Origin: Planctomycetota bacterium
GTDB taxonomy: Bacteria > Planctomycetota > UBA8742 > UBA2392
Length of the DNA: 64,000 bases
Direction of reading: 5' to 3'
Assembly (NCBI GenBank): GCA_022071975.1
Contig: JAJVIO010000035.1
Coordinates: 15,162 to 79,161 of the forward strand
Part shown: positions 46,911-56,661 of the stretch, one piece after another
How positions within the stretch are numbered: position 1 is the stretch's first letter
How the letters are laid out: each line of letters opens with the position of its first letter
Translations under genes and position numbers: made by a program
The notes under the pieces: model-generated
What the model saw: the letters and a program-made list of their open reading frames with translations, nothing else
Told to the model about the DNA's origin: nothing
The model's database searches: none

Positions 46911-49900
46911 GTGACCGAACGCCGCCTGCAACTTCACACGCTGATCCAGGCGTTCGAGAACGACAGCGTGCTCGCAGAGGCGCTGCATTACCCCGAAATC
47001 TCGCGGTTTGAGGCCACGCCGGCCAAGGCGCGCCGCGCCGTGCTGACCAACGCGCGCGGCCTGGCCGAGCGCAGCCCGCTGCTGGAGCTGTTCCGGCGCT
47101 GCTCGCCCTCAACGCCCGTGGCCCGCGAGTTCCGCGTTACCCTGCCGCCCCCGCGCGAGTTGCCGCTCTGGAGTGAGCCCCTTGAGCTCAGCTTCCACGC
47201 GGCCGTCTTCGAGTTCCCCGGCGAGGCCTGGGCCGCGTATTTCCCGGCGCTGCAGGTCGAAGTGATTGCGCCCGACGAGGCCGAGCTGAACCGCCGCGTG
47301 CCCGACGAGCTCAGGCTCGCGCTGCACCGCACACGCGCCGACGCCACGCTCTGGAACCTGGCGGCTCTGCAGCGCAGCCAGTCGCTCAGCATCGAAAGCG
47401 CAAAATTCACGGCCGACATCCCCACGCCCAAGGACCTGGCGATGCGCGAGGCGCGCGCGCCCAAGGAGCCCTCGGTGCTGGAGAACGTGGCCGTGGACCT
47501 CACCCAGCAGAAGCTGCAACAGGCCCACGAGTACGAGGCACACGCGCGCCGCCTGGCTGAAGCGCTGTCTGAGCCCGGCCCGCAGAGCGTGCTGCTGGTG
47601 GGCCCCAGCGGTGTGGGCAAGACGGCCGTGTTCCATGAGCTGGTGCGCATGCGCCAGCATTACAGGTTCGGGCGCACGCCCTTCTGGGCGACCAGCGGCT
47701 CAAGGCTGGTGGCGGGCATGTCGGGCTTTGGCATGTGGCAGGAGCGCTGCGATAAGTTGCGCAAGGAAGCTTCTCGCACACGCGCCATCCTGCACCTCGG
47801 CAACCTGGTCGAGCTCATGGAAGTGGGCAAGGGCGTGATGATCCAGCAGGGTATCGCCGGCTTCCTGCGCCCCTTCATCGCGCGCGGCGAGCTGCTGTGC
47901 GTGGTGGAGTGCACGCCCGAGCAACTGCCCATCATTGAACGCCAGGACCCCCACCTGCTGGGTGTCTTCCACAAGCTGGAAATCACCGAGCCTGAGCCCG
48001 ACACCGCGGCCGCCATCCTGCTTTCCGTGGCGCACGAAATCTCGCAGGCCAAGGGGCGCGAGCTGATCGAGCTGCACACGCTCGAGACCATCGACCGCCT
48101 GCACCGCCGCTACGCCACCTACTCGGCCTACCCCGGCCGGCCGTTGCGTTTTCTGCGCAACCTGCTGGCCGACCGCGAGCAGCCCGCCACGGACGCCGAC
48201 GTCTACGCCGCCTTTTCGCGCGAGACCGGCCTGCCGCGCCTGATGCTGGACAGCGCCTTGCCCATGCAACCGGGGCCCGTGCAGCAGTTCTTCACTGAGC
48301 GCATCATCGGCCAGCCGGGCGCCATCGGGCTGGTCACCGACCTGCTCGCCACGGTCAAGGCCGGCCTGTCGCGCCCGCGCAAGCCCCTGGCCAGCCTGCT
48401 GTTCGTCGGCCCCACCGGCGTGGGCAAAACCGAGACCAGCAAGGCGCTGGCCGAGTTTCTGTTCAATGACCGGCGCCGCATCACCCGCTTCGACATGAGC
48501 GAGTACGCCAGCCCGGCCGCCGTGCAGCGGCTGATCGGCGGCGCATTCGGCGAAGAAGGCCTGCTGACCGCGCGCGTGCGCGAACAGCCGTTCGCCGTGC
48601 TGCTGTTCGACGAGTTCGAGAAGGCCCACCCGCTGTTCTTCGACCTGCTGCTGCAGGTGCTGGGCGAGGCGCGCCTTACGGACGCCGCCGGGCGCCTGGC
48701 CGACTTCAGCAACGCCGTGGTGATCATGACCAGCAACCTCGGCGCAGAGGGCTTCATGCAGGGCGCCATCGGCTTCGGCAAAAACGCGGCCGACGCCGCC
48801 GGCCACTTCACCCGCGCTCTGCGCGATTTCGTGAGGCCGGAGTTGCTGAACCGCATCGACCGCGTCGTGCCGTTCCTGCCGCTGGATGAAACCTCGGTGC
48901 TGCGGATCGTGCGGCGCGAAGTCGAGCTGCTGAAGCAGCGCCCCGGCCTGCGCGACACCGGCACGCGCCTCGAGGTCGGCGACGACGCCCTGCAACTGGT
49001 GGCGCGCAAGGCCTATCAGCCCGCGCTGGGGGCGCGGCCGCTGAAGCGCGAGATCGAAAGCGGCCTGCTGGTGCCGCTGGCGGAGGCGCTCAACACCCAG
49101 CCCACCGAGTACGCGCTGAGCGCCGTGGTGGCGGCCGGCGACAAGAAGCTGGAGCTGGCAACCGCGCCGCTGACCGGCGCGGATTCACGCCCGCAGGCGC
49201 GCTCGTTCGCGGAGGCCTGGCTGGCGGGCCTGCGCCAGGACGTCACGCAGCTGCGCCGCAAGCTGCAAACCGCGCTGGTTTCGCCGGCCGCGCTGCGCCT
49301 GCGCAACGAGATCTACCGGCTCAACCGCACGCTCGAAATGGAGAAGCGCCGCCGCCGAAAGAAGCCGGACCAGCCCATACCCGCCAAGGTGTTCGAGACC
49401 GAGCAGCGGCTGGCCAAGGTGCGCGAGGTGCTGCACGCTTTTGAGGCGTGCATGGAAGCCGCCGTCGCCGCCGAGGATCGGCTGGCGCTGGCGTCATTGG
49501 GCGGCGCGCGCACGCAGGAACAGCCCGCCCGCGCGGAAGTCGAGAGCTGCAAGGTCGCGTGGTCGAGCGCCCTGCGGGCGCTGATGCGCCTCGACGGCGG
49601 GGGCGCGAACCTGGCCAGCCTGTGGGTCTACTCGCACCACAACGAGCTGATGTTCGAGCTGGCATCGGCATACCACGCCTGGGCGGTCGCGAGCGGCATG
49701 CAGGTCGAAGTGCTGTGGGCCACCCGCGAGTTCAGCCAAGCCGAGCAGCGCGAGCTGCAACGGCGCGCTGACTTTGACGGCCGCGCGTCTGAAGCTCCGC
49801 GCCACGCGGTGACGCTGCAGGCCCACGGCACTGAAGAGCAGCGCCCGCTGCTGTTCCCGCCCGCGGACATCGAGAACTTCCTTGCCAATCCTCGTGAGGA

Positions 49901-50240
49901 GACCGGCGCGATCGTGCTGGAGCTGCGGGGCGACGATGCCGCGCTGATGCTGCGGCTTGAGGCCGGGACGCACCGCTTCCGGTTCGACAGCGAATCGGAG
50001 CCGATCAACGTGGAAGTCGGCTGCCACGCGCAATCCGCCTGGCGCGCGAAGTTCCCGCTGCCGCGCGGCATGGCGAGCGCCGAGCCCGTACGCCGCCGCT
50101 ACGACATGGCGCAGCACCAGGCCAAGGACGAGCGCCTGGAAGAAATCCTCGCCTGGACCGGCAGCCGCATCGACGCCGTGCTGGCGCGCTGCATCAAGGC
50201 GGGCTTCGAGCTCGAGCTGGAAAAGCAGGTGGGCCTGTGA
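46911..50240 (+). CDS. ClpA/B-like double AAA+ ATPase, paralog 1
   Basis: Walker A GPSGVGKT and GPTGVGKT, RFDMSEY, FDEFEKAH, IMTSNLG, RPELLNRID, GARPLKR; long C-terminal extension. Start codon uncertain. Confidence 0.9.
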   Translation: MTERRLQLHTLIQAFENDSVLAEALHYPEISRFEATPAKARRAVLTNARGLAERSPLLELFRRCSPSTPVAREFRVTLPPPRELPLWSEPLELSFHAAVFEFPGEAWAAYFPALQVEVIAPDEAELNRRVPDELRLALHRTRADATLWNLAALQRSQSLSIESAKFTADIPTPKDLAMREARAPKEPSVLENVAVDLTQQKLQQAHEYEAHARRLAEALSEPGPQSVLLVGPSGVGKTAVFHELVRMRQHYRFGRTPFWATSGSRLVAGMSGFGMWQERCDKLRKEASRTRAILHLGNLVELMEVGKGVMIQQGIAGFLRPFIARGELLCVVECTPEQLPIIERQDPHLLGVFHKLEITEPEPDTAAAILLSVAHEISQAKGRELIELHTLETIDRLHRRYATYSAYPGRPLRFLRNLLADREQPATDADVYAAFSRETGLPRLMLDSALPMQPGPVQQFFTERIIGQPGAIGLVTDLLATVKAGLSRPRKPLASLLFVGPTGVGKTETSKALAEFLFNDRRRITRFDMSEYASPAAVQRLIGGAFGEEGLLTARVREQPFAVLLFDEFEKAHPLFFDLLLQVLGEARLTDAAGRLADFSNAVVIMTSNLGAEGFMQGAIGFGKNAADAAGHFTRALRDFVRPELLNRIDRVVPFLPLDETSVLRIVRREVELLKQRPGLRDTGTRLEVGDDALQLVARKAYQPALGARPLKREIESGLLVPLAEALNTQPTEYALSAVVAAGDKKLELATAPLTGADSRPQARSFAEAWLAGLRQDVTQLRRKLQTALVSPAALRLRNEIYRLNRTLEMEKRRRRKKPDQPIPAKVFETEQRLAKVREVLHAFEACMEAAVAAEDRLALASLGGARTQEQPARAEVESCKVAWSSALRALMRLDGGGANLASLWVYSHHNELMFELASAYHAWAVASGMQVEVLWATREFSQAEQRELQRRADFDGRASEAPRHAVTLQAHGTEEQRPLLFPPADIENFLANPREETGAIVLELRGDDAALMLRLEAGTHRFRFDSESEPINVEVGCHAQSAWRAKFPLPRGMASAEPVRRRYDMAQHQAKDERLEEILAWTGSRIDAVLARCIKAGFELELEKQVGL

Positions 50241-53200
50241 AGCTGACCATCCCGCTCTACCAGGAGAAGTTCAGCCACGAAGGCCGCGACGTCTTCTTCG
50301 TGCGCCCGCTGTTCTACTGCGACGTGGAAGCCCTGCGCCCCGAGCTGCGCCGCGCCACCGACTCCGTGCGCACCGCCCTGCGCAAGCTGCTGCAGAAGCT
50401 GTCTGAAGAAGCGCGCCACGACGCGCTGGCCTGGCACGCCCAGTGCCCCGAGGTCAGCGAGCAGCACGTCAGCCTGCGCCTGCAGCTCAAGCGCCGCAGC
50501 GTGGAGACGCGCTTCCTGTTCGCCGTTTACCAGCAGGGTGAGCAGCGCATAGCCTTCACGCCGCGCCTGCCGGCGCTGGCCTTCACGCTGGCCCGCGGCG
50601 AAAGCCTGGAAACCCGCGCCGAGCAGGTGCTCACCGCCCACTACCGCAAGCTCGAGCGCGAGCACGGCGAGGTGGACCCCGCCCTCGACGCCATGCGCGG
50701 CACGGCCTGGATCTCGCACCTCGACATCGATCTCGCCATCGAGGCCACCCACGTGCCGCCGCGCAAGAAAGACCGCGCCGAGATCGGCAGCTTCGAGCAG
50801 ATGCGCGGCGCCGATGAACTGCAGCGCGTGGGCCGCCAGCTCAACGCCCTCTACCCCGACGACCTCGAGCGCGCCGTGCGCCGCGAAGAGCCCGTGGCCG
50901 AGCTGCTGCGCCTGCTCGAGCACCCAGACAAGCGCCCGCTGCTGCTGCTCGGCCGTTCCGGCGCAGGCAAGACCGCCCTGGTGCATGAGGCCGTGCGCCG
51001 CCGCATCGAGGCCAGGGGCGAAGACGGCCAGGGCGCGCGCGGCCAGGTGTGGCTGCTTTCGCCGCAGCGGCTGATCTCGGGCATGAGCTTCGTGGGCCAG
51101 TGGGAGAACCGCGTGCACGCGATTCTCGCCGAGTGCAAGCGCCGCGGCCACGTGCTGTATTTTGACGATTTCATCGGCCTGTTCCGGGCCGGCATTTCCG
51201 CCAGCAGCAAGGTCAGCGCCGCGCAGGTGCTGAAGCCGCACATCGAAAAGCACGAAGTGCGCCTGCTGGTGGAAATGACGCCCGACCAGTTCCGCGTGCT
51301 GAACGAGCTGGATCGCGGCTTCGCCGACCTGTTCCACGTGCTGCGCCTCGACGAGCCCGCCGAAGAAGAAAACCTGCGCATCCTGCTGCACGTGCAGCGC
51401 GAGCTGGAGGCCCGCCACCCGTGCCGCTTCAGCCACGACGTGCTGCCCACGGCGCTGGACCTGATGCAGCGCTACCAGCGCGAGGTCGCCATGCCGGGCA
51501 AGGTCGCCGGCTTCCTGCAGCAGCTGGCGGTCAAGCACCGCAACGGGGCGATCCACCGCTTCCAGGCGCTCAGTGAGTTCGAAGCCCGCAGCGGCCTGCG
51601 CGTGATGTTCCTGGATGCCAACTCGCGCCTGTCGCGCGACATGGTCACCTACGGCCTGCGCGAGCGCGTAATCGGCCAGGACGCCGCTGTGGAAGCCCTG
51701 GCCGACGTGGTGGCCGTGGCCAAGGCGCGGCTGAACGATCCCGAGCGGCCGTTGGGTTCGCTGCTGTTTCTCGGCCCTACGGGCGTGGGCAAAACCGAAA
51801 CCGCCAAGGCGCTGGCCCACTGGCTGTACGGCGACGCCTCGCGCCTGCTGCGTTTCGACATGAACGAGTTCGTGGACGGCGCCTCGGTCGCGCGCCTGGT
51901 CGGCACGCTCAGCGAGCCCGAGGGCCTGCTCACCAGCGCCGTGCGCCGCCAGCCCTTCGCCACGATCTTGCTCGACGAAATCGAGAAGGCCCACCCGGCC
52001 GCCTTTGACGTGCTGCTGCAGGTGCTGGGCGAAGGCCGCCTCACCGACGCGCTGGGTCGCACGGCCGACTTCACCAACTGCGTGATCATCATGACCAGCA
52101 ACCTCGGCGTGCGTGAAGCCCAGGGCGGCCTCGGGCTCGGCGGCCACGAGCAGCGCGGCGACGAGGCCTACGTGCAGGCGGCGCGGCGCTTCTTCCGGCC
52201 GGAGTTCTTCAACCGCATCGACCGCATCGTGCCCTTCCAGCGCCTGCAGCGCCCGCAGATCGAGCGCATCGCGCAGCTGCTGCTGCGCGAGGTGTTCACG
52301 CGCGAGGGGCTTGCGCGGCGGCGCTGCGTGCTGCAGGTGGACGCGCTGGCCATGGAGCGCGTGGTGGACAAGGGCTTCCACCCGGCCCTGGGCGCGCGCG
52401 CCATCAAGCGCGAGATCGAGCGGCAGCTCACGCGCCCGCTGTCGGCGCGGCTCAGCGAGTTGAACCCGGAGGTGCCCACCATCGTGCACCTGATGGCGCG
52501 CGGTGACGATATCGACGTCGGGCTGATCCCGATGCAACCCGCGCAACCGGCGCAAACCGTCAACCTGGACGACCCGGACGCCGTGGTGGCTCGCATCGAC
52601 GACGTGCTGAACCGCGCCGAAGACCAGCTGCACGCCCTGCAGCCGCAGGGCGCGATCCCGGTCGAGGCCGTCACGCCCGAGCTGCGCCGCTACTTCGCCC
52701 TGCGCGAGCAGCTGCAGTACCTGGACGACGCCGTCGAGCGCTTCCTTGATTGGCGCGAGCGCGAGGCTCTGCGCCCGGCCCCCGTTGAGGCCAGCGCCAG
52801 CGCGCTCAGCGAAGAGCGTCCGCGCCGCTCGCAGCTTTCCGAGGCCCTGCCGGTCGGGCCCACGGCGTGGCTGGAGCTGCGCACACCCAACGAGCTGGCG
52901 GCCTGGCTGGCCCAGCGCGCCGAAGAGCAGGGCGAAAGCGAACTTCACGGCCGTCTGCGCCGCCTGCTGGCGTCGGCCTGCCTGCTCAACCTGATGGTCG
53001 AGCGCCCGCCCGTTGAGGACGAACGCGCCCTGCTGATCGTGCGCACTGTGGACGGCAGCATGGCCAGCATCCCCGAGATGCTGGCGGAGACCTTCGGCGC
53101 CCTGATGCGCCACCGCTTCGACCTCGGCGCCAGCGAGCTGAAGCTGAAGCAGCCGGGCGCCGCGGGCTGCGTGGTCTCGGGCTACCTGGCCCATGCGCTG

Positions 53201-53533
53201 TGCGGCGCGCTCGCCGGCCTGCACCTGTGGTGCTGGGACGGCGGCCTGCTGCCCCTGCAGGTGATCGCACTGCCGCTACAGCAAGGCGCCGACCCGGCCG
53301 AAGTCGCGGCCGGCGTTGACGCGCAGCGCCGCGCCTGGGCCGAGGCCGTGGCGAAGGGCGAAGCGGGCGCCGACGACGACCCGCTGCCCCACGGTCCGGT
53401 AGTGCAGCAGCACTACACCAACGGCAGCACGCTCGACCTGCGCGCCGGCCAGGTCTCCCGCGAGCGTCCGTCGCTGAGCCTGCTGGCGAGTTGGCTGCTG
53501 GGCGGCTTCAAGCTGCCGGAGGTGCAGCCATGA
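50237..53533 (+). CDS. ClpA/B-like double AAA+ ATPase, paralog 2
   Basis: GRSGAGKT, GPTGVGKT, LDEIEKAH, RPEFFNRID, GARAIKR; GTGA overlap with paralog 1. Confidence 0.9.
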   Translation: MKLTIPLYQEKFSHEGRDVFFVRPLFYCDVEALRPELRRATDSVRTALRKLLQKLSEEARHDALAWHAQCPEVSEQHVSLRLQLKRRSVETRFLFAVYQQGEQRIAFTPRLPALAFTLARGESLETRAEQVLTAHYRKLEREHGEVDPALDAMRGTAWISHLDIDLAIEATHVPPRKKDRAEIGSFEQMRGADELQRVGRQLNALYPDDLERAVRREEPVAELLRLLEHPDKRPLLLLGRSGAGKTALVHEAVRRRIEARGEDGQGARGQVWLLSPQRLISGMSFVGQWENRVHAILAECKRRGHVLYFDDFIGLFRAGISASSKVSAAQVLKPHIEKHEVRLLVEMTPDQFRVLNELDRGFADLFHVLRLDEPAEEENLRILLHVQRELEARHPCRFSHDVLPTALDLMQRYQREVAMPGKVAGFLQQLAVKHRNGAIHRFQALSEFEARSGLRVMFLDANSRLSRDMVTYGLRERVIGQDAAVEALADVVAVAKARLNDPERPLGSLLFLGPTGVGKTETAKALAHWLYGDASRLLRFDMNEFVDGASVARLVGTLSEPEGLLTSAVRRQPFATILLDEIEKAHPAAFDVLLQVLGEGRLTDALGRTADFTNCVIIMTSNLGVREAQGGLGLGGHEQRGDEAYVQAARRFFRPEFFNRIDRIVPFQRLQRPQIERIAQLLLREVFTREGLARRRCVLQVDALAMERVVDKGFHPALGARAIKREIERQLTRPLSARLSELNPEVPTIVHLMARGDDIDVGLIPMQPAQPAQTVNLDDPDAVVARIDDVLNRAEDQLHALQPQGAIPVEAVTPELRRYFALREQLQYLDDAVERFLDWREREALRPAPVEASASALSEERPRRSQLSEALPVGPTAWLELRTPNELAAWLAQRAEEQGESELHGRLRRLLASACLLNLMVERPPVEDERALLIVRTVDGSMASIPEMLAETFGALMRHRFDLGASELKLKQPGAAGCVVSGYLAHALCGALAGLHLWCWDGGLLPLQVIALPLQQGADPAEVAAGVDAQRRAWAEAVAKGEAGADDDPLPHGPVVQQHYTNGSTLDLRAGQVSRERPSLSLLASWLLGGFKLPEVQP

Positions 53534-55764
53534 GCGTTACCCGCCTGCCGGTATTAGTCTGGCGCGACCACGAAGGCCACTTCACGGCCGCGCTCGTGGA
53601 CCAGCCCGAGTATGCCGCCTTCGGCACTTCGGCCCAGGACTGCCTGCAGCAGTTGCGCCATCACCTGACCTGGCTGCAGCGCAACGAGCCGTGGTATTTC
53701 CCGGAATCCAGCGGCGACGAGTGCAAACTGATTCGCGTGGCCGTGGACGTGCGCCCCGAGTACGTGGTCGGCCGCCAGCGCCACCCCAGCGAGCCGATCC
53801 GCGTGACCGTGCCCTGCGTGCACAGCGAGCTGACGGGCGGCCTGCACGCCTGCGCGATCCCGCCGTTGCAGTTGTGGTTCTCGTTCCATGAGGCCGACAA
53901 GCTGCGCGAGCTTGCCGCCCACTACGTGCGCGAGGCGCTGCAGGGCAAGTCGCCGGCGCAGGTGGCGCGGCTGCTGAACGCGGCCGAGTACGAGCTCGCG
54001 GATGTGCTGGTCACCGCGCCTGAAGAGCGCAAGACGCGGGCCGAGCGGCGCTACGAGTCGCTGGAAACCGTGGCCGAGGCGCTGGGCGAGCGCGCCCTGC
54101 GCCGCCAGTTCAGTCGCGCCTGGGAGCGCGAGCGCGAAATCCACGAGCTCTCGCGCCGGGTGAAAAACGACCGCGCCAACGTGCTGCTGGTGGGCCCGCC
54201 CGGCGTGGGCAAGACCTCGGTGCTGGCCAGCGCCGCCCGCGAGCTCGAGCGCCAGCTTGAGGGCGACGTCGAGCGCCGACGCTTCTGGCTGACGAACGGC
54301 TCAAGGCTGATCGCCGGCACGCCCTACCTGGGCCAGTGGGAAGAGCGCCTGGAGGCCGTGATCGCCGAGCTGCAGGGCTTCCAGGGCGTGCTGTGCATCG
54401 AGAACCTGCTTGAGCTGGTGCGCCTCGGCGGCCACGACGCCAGCGACAGCGTGGGCGCATTCCTGATTCCGTACATGAACCACCGCGAGCTGCAGGTGGT
54501 GGCCGAGGCCACGCCCGAAGAGCTGGACGCCTGCCGCCGCCTGCTGCCCGGCCTGGCGGACGCCTTCCAGGTGCTGCGCGTGGAGCCCTTTGACGCGTCA
54601 AGTGCCCTGCGCGTGCTGGACCGCATCGCGCAGGCGGGTGCTCGCAACCTGCGCGTGGAGACCGGCAACGACGTGGTGCACACGGTGTTCCGCCTGTTCC
54701 GGCGTTTCCGGCCCTACGACGCCTTCCCCGGCAAGGCGGCCGCGTTCACTTCCGGCCTGATCCAGCAGGCCGCGAGCGCCGAGCAGCGCAAGCTGGAGCA
54801 GCAGGCCGTGACCGACCGCTTCGTGGATGAAACCGGCCTGCCCGAACTGCTGCTGCGCGACGACCTGCCGCTCGCCGAGCCCGACGTGCTGGCCGCCCTG
54901 TCCGCCCGGGTGATCGGCCAGGAAGCCGCCTGCCGCGCGGCCGCCGGTGTGATCACCACCTTCAAGGCCGGGCTGAACGATCCCGGCCGGCCCCTGGGCG
55001 TGCTGCTGTTCAGCGGCCCCACGGGCGTCGGCAAGACCGAGCTGGCCCGCGCCATGGCCGACTACCTGTTCGGCCACGGCGAAACACACGAGCGCCTGGT
55101 GCGCCTGGATATGAGCGAGTACACCGGCCACGGCGCGAGCGAGCGCCTGGTGTCGGACGCAAGCGGCGGCCCCAGCGACTTCATCAAGCGCGTGCGCAGC
55201 CAGCCCTTCTGCGTGGTGCTGCTGGATGAAATCGAGAAAGCCTCGCCGGACGTGTTCGACATGCTGCTTGCGGTGTTCGATGAAGGCCGGCTCACGGACC
55301 GCTTCGGCCGCGTCACCAGCTTCCAGTCCAGCGTGCTGATCATGACCAGCAACCTCGGGGCCGGGCGCGAAGGCGGCCTGGGCTTCGGCAAGGCGCGCGG
55401 CCCGGACTACGACGCCGAAGTGATGCGCTTTTTCCGGCCGGAGTTCTACAACCGGCTGGACGCGGTGGTGGCGTTCGCGCCACTGCACGAGCAGACCATC
55501 CGCGCGATCGCCGAGAAGGAGCTGCGTGAGCTGGCCGCGCGCGAAGGCATGGCAGGGCTGAGCCTGAGTTGGGATGAAGCAGTGGCCGCACTGGTGGCAT
55601 CGGCCGGCTTCGACCAGCGCTACGGCGCGCGCCCCCTCCAGCGCGCGCTCGAAGAGCTGGTGGTAACGCCCATCGCCCGCGAGCTGGCATCCAACCCGGA
55701 TCGCCGCCAGGCCAGGCTGCATCTGTCAGTCCAGCAAGGCCGAGTAGTCCTGCAGTGGGCGTAG
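53530..55764 (+). CDS. ClpA/B-like double AAA+ ATPase, paralog 3
   Basis: GPPGVGKT, GPTGVGKT, LDEIEKAS, RPEFYNRLD, YGARPLQR; ATGA overlap with paralog 2. Confidence 0.9.
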   Translation: MSVTRLPVLVWRDHEGHFTAALVDQPEYAAFGTSAQDCLQQLRHHLTWLQRNEPWYFPESSGDECKLIRVAVDVRPEYVVGRQRHPSEPIRVTVPCVHSELTGGLHACAIPPLQLWFSFHEADKLRELAAHYVREALQGKSPAQVARLLNAAEYELADVLVTAPEERKTRAERRYESLETVAEALGERALRRQFSRAWEREREIHELSRRVKNDRANVLLVGPPGVGKTSVLASAARELERQLEGDVERRRFWLTNGSRLIAGTPYLGQWEERLEAVIAELQGFQGVLCIENLLELVRLGGHDASDSVGAFLIPYMNHRELQVVAEATPEELDACRRLLPGLADAFQVLRVEPFDASSALRVLDRIAQAGARNLRVETGNDVVHTVFRLFRRFRPYDAFPGKAAAFTSGLIQQAASAEQRKLEQQAVTDRFVDETGLPELLLRDDLPLAEPDVLAALSARVIGQEAACRAAAGVITTFKAGLNDPGRPLGVLLFSGPTGVGKTELARAMADYLFGHGETHERLVRLDMSEYTGHGASERLVSDASGGPSDFIKRVRSQPFCVVLLDEIEKASPDVFDMLLAVFDEGRLTDRFGRVTSFQSSVLIMTSNLGAGREGGLGFGKARGPDYDAEVMRFFRPEFYNRLDAVVAFAPLHEQTIRAIAEKELRELAAREGMAGLSLSWDEAVAALVASAGFDQRYGARPLQRALEELVVTPIARELASNPDRRQARLHLSVQQGRVVLQWA

Positions 55765-55828
55765 TACGGAGCGCGGACGTCACGTCCGCAAATCAAAGCC
55801 CAGCCCGCAAGGGCTGGGGTGTGCAGTT

Positions 55829-56582
55829 CAGCCGGCGCGGCCGGCGTCTCCCTCGGTCAGCCCCCGGCGCAGCGACCCGCCCGCCAAAGCCTTGGCGACG
55901 GCGGGAGCGGAGCCTGGGGACACGGACGGATCCAATTCCCGAGCCGCGCAGCGGCGGCTCTTGTGAGGGCGCACAACTATCAGCCCGGTATCATGCCGCC
56001 ATGAGCCATGCCTACACGCGCCAGCTGCTGCACATTGTGTTCAGCACCAAGGAACGCAGGTCGTTCCTGCACGTGGAGCTCCGGCCTCGCATGCTGGGCT
56101 ACCTGCGCACCTTGGCCAACGACTTGAACACCACCGCGCTGGCGCTTAACGGCGTGGACGATCACGTTCACATTCTGGTGGATATGCCGGCCGCGCTTAG
56201 CACGGCGGAGTTTCTGACCAAGCTGAAGGCGAACTCCTCGCGTTGGTTTCGCAGCCTGTTCCCGAAAGTCGATTTCCGCTGGCAACGCGGTTACGGCGCG
56301 TTCAGCGTCAGCCCATCGAAACTCGAGGAAGTGCGGGGCTACATCGACCGCCAGGAAGCGCATCACCAGAAACATTCATTCGAGGGCGAGATACGAAAGC
56401 TGGCGAAGAACCACGGCCTGGAGTTTGACGAGCGCTTCTTCCTGGGATGAGAGCCGCCGCTTCGCGGCTCTCTGACTTTGCCACAACCCAACCCCCGGCT
56501 CCGCTCCCGCCGTCGCCAAGGCTTTGGCGGGCGGGTCGCTGCGCCGGGGGCTTACCAAGGGAGACGCCGGCTTCGCCGGCTG
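55829..56582. mobile_element. Y1 transposase locus bracketed by two nested pairs of inverted repeats (RAYT-like or IS200-like)
   Basis: 55829..55919 vs 56492..56582 (91 bp, about 5 mismatches) and 55941..55961 vs 56450..56470 (21 bp, 1 mismatch). Confidence 0.8.
56001..56450 (+). CDS. tnpA: IS200/IS605-family TnpA (Y1 HUH transposase)
   Basis: HIVFSTK, DHVHIL (HUH), WQRGYGAFSVS, catalytic YIDRQ; no tnpB. Confidence 0.93.
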   Translation: MSHAYTRQLLHIVFSTKERRSFLHVELRPRMLGYLRTLANDLNTTALALNGVDDHVHILVDMPAALSTAEFLTKLKANSSRWFRSLFPKVDFRWQRGYGAFSVSPSKLEEVRGYIDRQEAHHQKHSFEGEIRKLAKNHGLEFDERFFLG

Positions 56583-56661
56583 CACTGCGGGTCTACCAGG
56601 CGATACTGCGCCCAGACTCGGGCACCGAGAATGGACCATCTCAATCTGTCTGCCCCACGGG

